Below the pieces are notes generated by a model. It worked only from the letters and a program-made list of their open reading frames with translations. It had not been told where the DNA came from and ran no database searches. A DNA stretch of 63,037 nucleotides, the filler included. It is 8 parts of 8 records of this genome, joined end to end, with 100 filler letters (N's around TTAATTAATTAA, not from the genome) between each part and the next. Parts side by side here need not be neighbours in the genome. Positions count along the whole stretch, not along the records: positions 24,358 to 34,617 come from SRR31156797_36681; positions 34,718 to 41,887 come from SRR31156797_36702; 6 more parts are not named here. The stretch is one strand, 5' to 3'. The translations under genes were made by a program, and so were the position numbers. This document shows positions 31,144-39,985 of this stretch, piece after piece. How positions within the stretch are numbered: position 1 is the stretch's first letter; the number at the start of each line of letters is the position of its first letter.

Positions 31144-32421
31144 CTATTTACCAGACGGGATCAGCTTGCTTCGAACATTGGTTTGCAAAGTCCAGCCCAT
31201 TTCCTGTAAATTGGTGCTGGCTGCCGGGCTGAAATCACCCAACACCCACAGTTGCTTATCTTTCTCTTTTGAGTCACTCTTCTCTGTAAGTGAGGCCGCA
31301 ATACCCGCTACGCCTTCACTCCATATTATATGATCTGTCGGCAGTACTACCACAACCTTTCCGTTTTTGGTAGTTGCTTTGGTTATTCGTGCCAGTGGTG
31401 AAATTCGTTGTAAAGGGGCAACCTGTTTATGGTAGCCAGCCGACATGACAGCAATAGTTGTAATCGCCCTCGCCATTTGCGGGTCACTGGCCTGCAGCCC
31501 AACCTTGATGACTAACTCCAGGTTTTCCACACCCTTCATTTTTTCCAAGGCGGAAACTGTTATCGTTGCTAGGGCAGGGTTAAAAACACGGTTGTTAAGA
31601 AACAGCTCAACAGTATCTGCATTCATACCCATGGCGAGGAGCTTGTTTTTGTTTTGAAGCCAAAGTTCCGAGGCTGGTGTCGTGTTGATTACTTCGTTCA
31701 GCAGGCGTGCTGTACCTGAGGTAGCCATAACTAAGCCTCCGACTCCTGGAACAGCGCTCACTGCTACACCAACCCCAAGCCCTCCAAGATAGTCAGCCCA
31801 GGCTAGCCTGTCCAGCTCACCCTGCAAAACCATGTTGGCAGAGTACACGTTGACTCCGTACTTGGTGGCTATTTGACCCTTGGATTTGGAAAATCCGATT
31901 AACTGCTGTGCTCTAGTGTCCTCGGCATCCGTCACCTGACGACTGCCGACAGTGTTGACAGCTCGGTTAAACAAGCTATTGACCCCATCGGCTGCCCCTT
32001 GAAGCGTTTCCTCTGTATTGGTAAATAGGTTTTTTATGCCAGTGGCAGTGTTTTTCCCGGACTGTTTTAAGGCGGCAATTGCAGTGTCATCAGTTGCAAT
32101 TTGTTTCATGGCCGCAATGACATTTATTTCTTGGATAAGTTGATGCAGAGCACTCGTGGAACCTGCGGTAAATGTACCGAATGGTGATGACACTGAATAG
32201 CGATAAAACAGGCCGTCACTTGTCACCTCTTCTGCTACCGTAAAGTTTTTCCCTTTTCGCAAATCGGGCTTGAGCAGTGATTGTGCCGAATACTTCTGCA
32301 GGGTTTCATATTCTGCAAAGCTTACCTGGGGAAACACCAACAGTGCCATGAGTAGAACTATCCCTTTGATCTTCAATTGATTTGTTTTGTGATTATTTTT
32401 AACAATCAAGTTCTGGGACAT
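31144..32421 (-). CDS. Conserved hypothetical exported protein
   Basis: Long ORF with a signal peptide ending VSFA and a central Gly/Ala-rich hydrophobic segment; GGAG RBS before MSQ. Confidence 0.75.
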   Translation of the reverse strand: MSQNLIVKNNHKTNQLKIKGIVLLMALLVFPQVSFAEYETLQKYSAQSLLKPDLRKGKNFTVAEEVTSDGLFYRYSVSSPFGTFTAGSTSALHQLIQEINVIAAMKQIATDDTAIAALKQSGKNTATGIKNLFTNTEETLQGAADGVNSLFNRAVNTVGSRQVTDAEDTRAQQLIGFSKSKGQIATKYGVNVYSANMVLQGELDRLAWADYLGGLGVGVAVSAVPGVGGLVMATSGTARLLNEVINTTPASELWLQNKNKLLAMGMNADTVELFLNNRVFNPALATITVSALEKMKGVENLELVIKVGLQASDPQMARAITTIAVMSAGYHKQVAPLQRISPLARITKATTKNGKVVVVLPTDHIIWSEGVAGIAASLTEKSDSKEKDKQLWVLGDFSPAASTNLQEMGWTLQTNVRSKLIPSGK

Positions 32422-32761
32422 GGGCAATCTCCTTATAGAGTTTTATATAAACATCTCATAAATATAGTAGTACTGAATTTTATTTTTTGCAGGGAAAGAG
32501 TTTGTCGTGTCAAGAAAAAGCTTATTCATCGATTATATAGCCCCTCCGATTTAAAAAAATAAAAGATGACATCACTGGGCTTTTATATCTTTGAGTAGTA
32601 TCCGCTGCAGGCGGTATCCCGAATTCTTCGGGATAATGGAAACGGTATAATTCCCTCTTGCATGGGGAACAGCTGTAAAGTATCAATGATTGATATTTCC
32701 TCGTATATCTGAATCAACAGCATTTTTATAATGGTCTTAATGGTCTTAATGGTAGTGAATA

Positions 32762-34617
32762 ATGGAGTATAACAAAAAAGTTGAGTACAAAAAGAGCGTG
32801 TGCCCGCTTGACTGTCCTGATAGTTGTGGAATTATAGCCAAAGTGGTCGGGGGCAGGGTGGAATCCTTGGTAGGTGATCCTGACCACCCCTATACCAAGG
32901 GCTTTATCTGCCGCAAAATGGGGAGATACCCGGAGCGTGTTTACTCGCCTGATCGAATTCTCTATCCCCAGGTCCGCAGTGGCAAAAAAGGCGAAGGGAA
33001 ATTTGAGCGGATTACCTGGTCGGAAGCTCTTGAATTGTTGAGTGAAAAACTTGTAAATACTGTTGAGCAGTATGGTGGTGAGGCGATATTGCCCTTTCAA
33101 TATGCCGGCAACATGGGTGTCTTAAACAGAAATGGTGGTTATGGCCTGTACCATAAGCTAGGTGCGAGTAGGCTTATTGAGACGATTTGCTCAGCTGCCG
33201 CAGGAAAAGGGTGGTCCATGCACTATGGTGACGTCCCTGGAAGTCCGCCGGAGGTTGCTGCAGATGCAGAACTTATTATTGCCTGGGGCATAAACGTTAA
33301 GGTATCCAATGTCCACTTTTGGCCTTTTATTACCGCCGCTCGTAAAAAAGGTGCCAAGCTCGTTGTGATTGATCCCTATAGGAATGAGACAGCACAATCT
33401 GCCGATCAGTATATTCAGGTGCAACCTGGCGGTGATAGTGCATTGGCCCTGGGAGCTTTGAAATATCTGGTTGAAAACAACCGGCTAGACCAGAAAAATA
33501 TCGATCAACAAACTAAGGGTTTTGAGGCACTTGAAGGGTATTTGCAGGCAACCCCATGGGAACAGTTCACTCTGCAGAGCGGACTTGATAAAGAAACCAT
33601 TGCAGCATTTGCCAGGTTGATTGCACAGCACCACAGCACCTTTATCCGAATAGGAATAGGATTGAGCCGCAACAGCAGGGGCGGGATGAGCGTTCGTGCT
33701 ATTAGTGCTTTGGGAGCTGCGCTTGGGCTATTTGGCGGACAGGAAGGACAGGGGGTGTTGTTGACCAGCAGGGCGTTCAGTGGAGACACGGACAAACTAC
33801 GCTTTCCAGAATTGGCTGAGAAAAAGTCTCGCCTGGTTAATATGGCTCACCTCGGTCATGCTTTGACAACCCTGCAGCCGCCGGTAAAATTATTTTTTGT
33901 ATATAGTTCCAACCCATTGAGTGTGGCTCCAGATAGTTCAATGGTCCGCCAGGGACTTATGCGCGACGATTTGTTTACAGTTGTTCATGAACAGGTGATG
34001 ACACCCACTGCCCGTTACGCTGATCTCCTCTTGCCTGCCACTACTTTTTTGGAAAATAAAGACCTGTATACCAGTTACGGTCATTTTTTCATGGGATGTG
34101 TGGATAAGGTGATTGAGCCGGTGGGCGAGGCTCGGAGCAATTTTGATCTGTTTCAAAATCTAGCCAGGACCATGGGATTTAACGATGCGCCTTTTATGCA
34201 ATGCGTTGAAGAAAGGTTACAAGAATATGTTGAAACCATGGAAGGGTTGCCCCAAGGGTACGTATTTAATCCTGATGAGTTTAGTGGTTGGATTGAGTCG
34301 ACCCGAAAACGGACCGGAGTTTCAGTAAGGCATTGTTGGGATGTTCCTTTTGCGTTTAGAGCTGTTGTTGAAGATGCAGCAGCCGAGGCTGTCCCTGATA
34401 TTCCCTGTTTGCTGGAAGCAGATGAGTTCAGCGATAGAGATTTGTGCTCGCGATTACCCCTGAAGCTGATCACACCGCCCCATAGGGACTTGCTCAACTC
34501 AACGTTTGGTGATTTTTACAAAGGCAAAATAGGAGAGGTGTTGATACACCCCAAGGATGCAGCTTTACACAAGATTGCAGACGGTGCTGAGGTTTTACTT
34601 GAAAACCAGCGTGGCAA
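32762..34617 (+). CDS. Cytoplasmic molybdopterin oxidoreductase (YoaE/YyaE-like), 3'-truncated
   Basis: CPLDCPDSC...C 4Fe-4S, TICS (Mo ligand), VVIDP, ADLLLPATT, LNSTF and IHP.DA; no Tat signal. Confidence 0.92.
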
Positions 34618-34717
34618 NNNNNNNNNNNNNNNNNNNNNNNNNNNNNNNNNNNNNNNNNNNNTTAATTAATTAANNNNNNNNNNNNNNNNNNNNNNNNNNN
34701 NNNNNNNNNNNNNNNNN
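34618..34717. other. Artificial contig spacer
   Basis: N44-TTAATTAATTAA-N44. Confidence 0.99.
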
Positions 34718-34718
34718 A

Positions 34719-35456
34719 ATTAATCAGTGGGTTTCTGACAATACCAATGGAAAGATCGAAAAGATAGTTGAGCAGATTGGTGCTGACACCATAATGTATC
34801 TGATTAATGCTATTTATTTTAAAGCTGCCTGGACAAAGACATTTGATGAAGAAAAAACTTATGAAAGTAGTTTCACAAAAAGTGATGGAAGCACGGTTAA
34901 AGTTGATTTTATGACCTATCCGGAAGATCAGGAATTTGATTTTTACAGTTCAGGTTATGAAGATGGCACATACAGTGTTGTCAGACTTCCTTACGGCAGA
35001 GATAAGTTCGCTTTTTACGGTATAGTTCCAAACGGAAATGGAAAAGTTAATGACCTAGTTGCTGACATGAAGGAAAATGGAGTTGACAAGTATTTTGAGA
35101 ATCTTCAAAAAGGTGAAACTCCTGTGATACTTCCAAAGTTTAAGTTTGAATGGGAGGAGTCACTTGTGGATATATTCAAGTCTCTTGGCATGGAAAAAGC
35201 TTTTGTAGAAGGTGGATTTCTTAATATCGCTGAAAACGGTGAGGGGATCTATATTTCAGACATTAAGCACAAAACATTCATAGAAGTAAATGAAGCAGGA
35301 ACTGAAGCTGCAGCAATAACATCAGTTGAGTTCGGTGAAACATCAATGCCTAGTGGATTTTACGGAACAAAACCTTTTGTCTATATAATTCGTGACGACC
35401 GATCCGGAACAATTCTTTTCATGGGTAAAGTCGAAGATCCTACAGTCGAAGAGTGA
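34719..35456 (+). CDS. Serpin (serine protease inhibitor), 5'-truncated
   Basis: INQWVSDNTNGKI, LINAIYFKAAW, LPKF, hinge EAGTEAAA and KPFVYII...ILFMGKV. Confidence 0.95.
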   Translation: MNQWVSDNTNGKIEKIVEQIGADTIMYLINAIYFKAAWTKTFDEEKTYESSFTKSDGSTVKVDFMTYPEDQEFDFYSSGYEDGTYSVVRLPYGRDKFAFYGIVPNGNGKVNDLVADMKENGVDKYFENLQKGETPVILPKFKFEWEESLVDIFKSLGMEKAFVEGGFLNIAENGEGIYISDIKHKTFIEVNEAGTEAAAITSVEFGETSMPSGFYGTKPFVYIIRDDRSGTILFMGKVEDPTVEE

Positions 35457-35457
35457 T

Positions 35458-37131
35458 CTAGATCAGAGTCATTGAACATCCTACATCCTCATTTTTTGGA
35501 AGATTTTCATCATCAGGATCAATGTTGTTGTCCGGGTATTCATTCTTTTCAGGAATTTCCTGATTATCATCATTTATTTCATTGTCACTAGCTGACTCAT
35601 CAGACTGCTCATTATCAACTTCATCATCAGGGTTTTCAGTCCCATCAGTTGTTTCTGAAAGCGTCAGTTGAACATCTTTAACAGTTTCCTTGTCTGAATT
35701 GATAGTGATGTCTCCCTGCCATTTTTCATATCCATCAGCTTCAATTGCAAGAGAATAATCTCCCGGAATCATGTTCTCAAAAAGATACTTTCCTGATCCA
35801 TCTGAATAAACTGTAAAAGGATCTCCTGATTGGTTTGAAGTTAGAATACACTGAGCCCCATCAATTGCTGAATATGTTGATGAGGACGTGATCACTCCGC
35901 TTAATGACCCAAGCTCAGCAGCTCCATCTTCTTCAATTGCAGTTGATCCCCAGTTTTCTCCATCAATTATGGTGAAATTCGCAGTTTTTGTGACAAATCC
36001 AGTCTTTTCAACTTTCATAGTGTAGCTTCCAGTCTCGAGTTCATTAAATCTGAAAAGTCCGGAACTGTCTGAATTCACGTTTGTTGAAGCACTTGTCAAA
36101 TCGTTCGTAAGTGTGCAGGTTGCTCCTTCAATTCTATTTTCTGCAACATTTCCAAGTCCAGTTGAATCGTTGTAGATAAAACCTTTGAGCCATGCAGTTG
36201 CCGTTCCACCATTATCCTCAGTTATTCCAGTTGAAGCCCAAGTGTCTGAATTTGCTATGACTGTAACAGATTTAGTTGTTGTATTAAATCCTGTTTTCTC
36301 AACTTTCAGTTCATAATCTCCGGACTCAACACTCGAGAAGCTAAAAAGCCCCGTAGAAGATGAAACAACATGGATATCGCTTGATCCACTTTGAGTCAGA
36401 TAACAATCGGCACCTGCAATTCTATTCCCTTCTACATTGTCGCCTAAAGTTGCGTTATAGACAAAGCCAAGAAGATTTCCAGGATCAGTTGTAGTTCCAC
36501 CTTCCTGTGGAGTTTCACCGAAATACTGGCAGATGGCCCGGTAAACAGCTGTTGCATGATCTTCACGCGCTGAAGACTGGGAGATAAGGTTGAATTCCTC
36601 GGTATTAGAAACAAAAAGTCCTTCAGAAAGTGCAGCGGGCATATTTGTATATTTTATAACGTAAAACCCGTTGTATTTTACACCGCGATTATATCTGCCA
36701 AGGTAATCAATAAGTTCTGTCTGAATATATGTTGCGAGGTTTGCAGAATTTGTTCCTGACTGATACGCGTAGGTTTCAGTTCCATGTGCTGCTGCGTCGC
36801 TGTATGAATTTAAATGAGTGGAAACAAAGATAGTTGCGCTGTTGTCATTTGCCACTGCAACTCTATTTGCAAGGGTCAAAGTAGTTTCATCTGTCCTTGT
36901 CATCACAACTGATGCTGAATCGTTTTGGAGTTTTGATCTGAGTCTTAGATCCACATCAAGAACAAGGTCAGCTTCGTTTGGAAGGGCACTTCCATTAACT
37001 CCGGTTGCCCCGGGATCACTTCCACCATGTCCCGGATCGATACAGATCTTTTCTCCGGAAAGAGTCGCAGAAAGAGCAAAAGGCATAAGAATAGAAAATA
37101 TCAGAGATGCAAATAGAATTCTTATTTTCAT
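35458..37131 (-). CDS. N-acetylmuramoyl-L-alanine amidase (Amidase_3) with three carboxypeptidase-regulatory-like beta-sandwich domains
   Basis: Signal peptide, IDPGHGG, E, STHLN and PAALSE zinc motifs, three repeated VEKTGF-type modules and an acidic tail. Confidence 0.9.
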   Translation of the reverse strand: MKIRILFASLIFSILMPFALSATLSGEKICIDPGHGGSDPGATGVNGSALPNEADLVLDVDLRLRSKLQNDSASVVMTRTDETTLTLANRVAVANDNSATIFVSTHLNSYSDAAAHGTETYAYQSGTNSANLATYIQTELIDYLGRYNRGVKYNGFYVIKYTNMPAALSEGLFVSNTEEFNLISQSSAREDHATAVYRAICQYFGETPQEGGTTTDPGNLLGFVYNATLGDNVEGNRIAGADCYLTQSGSSDIHVVSSSTGLFSFSSVESGDYELKVEKTGFNTTTKSVTVIANSDTWASTGITEDNGGTATAWLKGFIYNDSTGLGNVAENRIEGATCTLTNDLTSASTNVNSDSSGLFRFNELETGSYTMKVEKTGFVTKTANFTIIDGENWGSTAIEEDGAAELGSLSGVITSSSTYSAIDGAQCILTSNQSGDPFTVYSDGSGKYLFENMIPGDYSLAIEADGYEKWQGDITINSDKETVKDVQLTLSETTDGTENPDDEVDNEQSDESASDNEINDDNQEIPEKNEYPDNNIDPDDENLPKNEDVGCSMTLI

Positions 37132-38054
37132 ATCTGCCTCCCTTTTTCAGTTAAATTGTGAATGAGAAGATTGCCGGAAACTCCATCTGTGTAAAGCAGC
37201 TTTGTTCCGTCAGGAGAAAGCGCAGGGAAAAGAGGAATTCTGCCGGATTCGACAGAAATATCAGATACTTCTTTGCTTGTCACATCATAAAGTTTAACAG
37301 CTGAAAAAACGATATTCCTTCCATCATCCAGTGTCTGGTTAAAAACTACGTTTGAATTTCCTGACCATGAAGGTGAAGAACCTTCAGCCACATTTGTGAC
37401 AGAGCCGGTCTTTAAGATCATGATCTTGATGGTGTTTTTTTCAACAAAAAGAAGTTTGCTGTTGTCAGGAGAAAGCGCAGGGGAGTGAGTTAGCTCAGGA
37501 AGATTCTGGAGCTTTCCTGTACTTAAATTTATCACTGAAACCCTGTTTGAAGAAACGAAAGCATTGAATTTTAACTTTTTTACAGGTGTTTTTAAACTTA
37601 AGATCGGTTTTTTCGCCAGAGCTATATTTGAAGATCTCAAAGTGTTCACAGAATAGATCGAATCTCTCCAGACAGGAGGAGAAACAGGATCTGAGAACTC
37701 ACCGACAAGTTCATTTTTGCTCTTATTAAGTTCCCTTTTAATGATCGCAAATTTTCCATTTTTTAGTTGTTCTCTAAAGGCAATTCCAGAGTTGTCAGGA
37801 GCCCAGGAAAACCTCCAGCCAGCCATATCTTTTGAGCTGATCTGAGTGTAGTTCTGATTTGAAAGGTCCATCCAGAAAAGACCCTTGAATTTTTCTTTGC
37901 TCCAAGCTATTTTCGTGCCATCGGGCGAGAAACTTCCTGCCGCGCATTTTTCATCGACGATTATCTCGTCTTTTTGATCTGAAACTGCGGTAACAGTTTG
38001 TTCTTCACAACTTATGACCACAGACAACAACATTAAGAAAATGAGAAACCTCAT
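37128..38054 (-). CDS. TolB/PD40-repeat beta-propeller lipoprotein
   Basis: Lipobox VISC, repeats FSPDG, WAPD, LSPD, PSWS and LSPDG; ATGA overlap with the amidase. Confidence 0.85.
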   Translation of the reverse strand: MRFLIFLMLLSVVISCEEQTVTAVSDQKDEIIVDEKCAAGSFSPDGTKIAWSKEKFKGLFWMDLSNQNYTQISSKDMAGWRFSWAPDNSGIAFREQLKNGKFAIIKRELNKSKNELVGEFSDPVSPPVWRDSIYSVNTLRSSNIALAKKPILSLKTPVKKLKFNAFVSSNRVSVINLSTGKLQNLPELTHSPALSPDNSKLLFVEKNTIKIMILKTGSVTNVAEGSSPSWSGNSNVVFNQTLDDGRNIVFSAVKLYDVTSKEVSDISVESGRIPLFPALSPDGTKLLYTDGVSGNLLIHNLTEKGRQI

Positions 38055-38140
38055 GAAGACCTCCATATATTAACAAAGCCTAAAACTTTACAATATAGAG
38101 ATAAACAGTCAAGTTGAAGCCCCAATTTAAAAATCAAAAA

Positions 38141-38230
38141 GTTTTGGTTATACAAGAATCTTTTTGTGTTTTTGGCAAGAGTTTTGGTTATACAAGAATC
38201 TTTTTATGTTTTCGAAGGAAGTTTTAGTTG
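38141..38230 (+). repeat. 40-bp period tandem direct repeat (two copies plus a partial third)
   Basis: gttttggttatacaagaatcttttt(g/a)tgtttt at 38141 and 38181; gttttagttg at 38221. Confidence 0.9.
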
Positions 38231-38248
38231 TGGGAAAAAACACATAGA

Positions 38249-38276
38249 TTGACATTCCTATTAAAATAAGTAGGTT
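38249..38276 (+). promoter_or_regulatory. Possible sigma70 promoter for the DEAD-box helicase
   Basis: TTGACA-N16-TAGGTT. Confidence 0.45.
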
Positions 38277-38347
38277 TCTAGCGTGGTCGTCAGACCTTTT
38301 TTTATTTTTGCGGAGTTCAGAAACCGCCAACTCACGGAATAGATATC

Positions 38348-39985
38348 ATGACAAAAGAAACAGTACCATGCAGCTTTGATTCATTTGGCTTTAAGAAAGA
38401 AATAATGAAGGGAATAAATACAGCGGGATTTAAGGTTCCAAGTCCAGTTCAGGAGCAGGTTATGCCTCTGATACTTGAAGGCCGGGATGTTATAGCCCAG
38501 TCTCATACAGGAACTGGTAAGACAGCTGCATTCGGTCTTCCTGCAATGAATAATATGCAAAAAGACATTGGTATAGAACTGCTTGTTATTACTCCTACAA
38601 GAGAGCTTGCAGCACAGATAAGTGATGAGATCTTCAGACTTGGAAAATTTGCAGGTATCAGAACTTGTACAATTCTTGGTGGTCACTCCTATTCCCGTCA
38701 GCTCAGGCAGCTTGAAAGCGGTGTTCAGGTTCTTTCAGCGACTCCTGGAAGACTTCTGGATATGTTGAAATCAGGCAAAATTGCATTGACAGCACCTTTG
38801 AGCGTTGTTCTTGATGAAGCTGATGAGATGCTCGATATGGGGTTCCTTGATGATATTATGGAAATATTCGAATTCCTTCCGCAGGAACGTCAGACCATGC
38901 TTTTTTCTGCTACAATGCCTCCTCAGATAAGAAAGCTTGCTGGTAAAATACTTCAGAACCCTGAATTTATTAAGGCTATCTCAACTGACAATTCAACCAA
39001 TGTAGATATTGATCAGTCTTATTATGTTATTCAGGAGCAGGAAAGAGAGCTTGCTGCGATCAGACTTATGGAAGCGCTTGACCCGGAAAAAGCGATAGTT
39101 TTCTGCAGAACAAAACTTGAGGTTGATAAACTCAGTACATATCTTGGTGCAAGAGGATATAACGCGAAGGGACTTCATGGTGATATGGAGCAGCCGCAGA
39201 GAAATCAGGTAATGACAAGTTTTAGAAATGGAATGATCGACATTCTTGTTGCAACTGATGTTGCAGCCAGAGGACTTGATGTTGCGGATGTTACACATGT
39301 TTTTAATTACCACATCCCTTTTGATGCAAAAAGCTATATCCACAGAGTTGGTAGAACAGGAAGAGCAGGGCAGAAAGGTAAGGCTGTTACACTTGTAACT
39401 CCATCAGAGTTCAGAACGATCCAGAGAATTGAAAAAAGCGTTGGATCGACTATCAAGCTTAAGGTCATCCCGACAATTTCAAGCATAAGGGAAGAAAAGA
39501 GAAAGAGACTTTCAGGGGAAGTTTTTGAATATACTCCCGGAACTGATGGTATTAATCTCATTGAAGATCTTGAAGAAGAAATGGATGTCAGATCAATTGC
39601 AGTCATTCTTGCATCAATGTTGCTTGACGCGGATAAGACAACTGGTCCTGATCAGATCGGATATACCGAAGAGACTCTTAGAAAGATGCTAAGAAGAGAA
39701 AAGGACAGCTACAGAAATAGAAGTAGAGGTCGAGGAAGAGATAGAGGCGGTTATCGTGGTCGTAGAGATAGCAGAGATAGACGTGACAACAGAGATAGAG
39801 ACAATAGAGATAATAGAAAGAAAAGATCAGATGAGAAATCAGACAATAAGTTCGATAAAAAACCATCTGAAAGAAGTAGATATTTTCCTAAGAAGAAAAA
39901 TGACGAGAACAAAAACAAACCTGATAGAAAGGATAAGTTCTCAAAGAGATCAAGACCAAAAAACAACAGGAAGAAAAACGATTAA
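38348..39985 (+). CDS. DEAD-box RNA helicase with an R/D/K-rich disordered tail
   Basis: Q motif, TGTGKT, PTRELA, TPGR, DEAD, SAT, ARGLD and HRVGRTGR. Confidence 0.96.
   Translation: MTKETVPCSFDSFGFKKEIMKGINTAGFKVPSPVQEQVMPLILEGRDVIAQSHTGTGKTAAFGLPAMNNMQKDIGIELLVITPTRELAAQISDEIFRLGKFAGIRTCTILGGHSYSRQLRQLESGVQVLSATPGRLLDMLKSGKIALTAPLSVVLDEADEMLDMGFLDDIMEIFEFLPQERQTMLFSATMPPQIRKLAGKILQNPEFIKAISTDNSTNVDIDQSYYVIQEQERELAAIRLMEALDPEKAIVFCRTKLEVDKLSTYLGARGYNAKGLHGDMEQPQRNQVMTSFRNGMIDILVATDVAARGLDVADVTHVFNYHIPFDAKSYIHRVGRTGRAGQKGKAVTLVTPSEFRTIQRIEKSVGSTIKLKVIPTISSIREEKRKRLSGEVFEYTPGTDGINLIEDLEEEMDVRSIAVILASMLLDADKTTGPDQIGYTEETLRKMLRREKDSYRNRSRGRGRDRGGYRGRRDSRDRRDNRDRDNRDNRKKRSDEKSDNKFDKKPSERSRYFPKKKNDENKNKPDRKDKFSKRSRPKNNRKKND

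Noticed and set aside
32570..32760. Moco riboswitch upstream of the molybdopterin oxidoreductase
   Set aside because: A hairpin is present, but I could not find the conserved Moco/Wco aptamer motifs. An Infernal/Rfam scan would settle it.
25340..35456. Trypsin and serpin as a protease/inhibitor pair
   Set aside because: They lie on different contigs separated by an artificial spacer.
38141..38230. Possible mini-CRISPR array (GTTTT-starting repeats)
   Set aside because: The 40-nt period leaves only about 8 variable nt, far too short for spacers. There are only two good copies and no cas genes.
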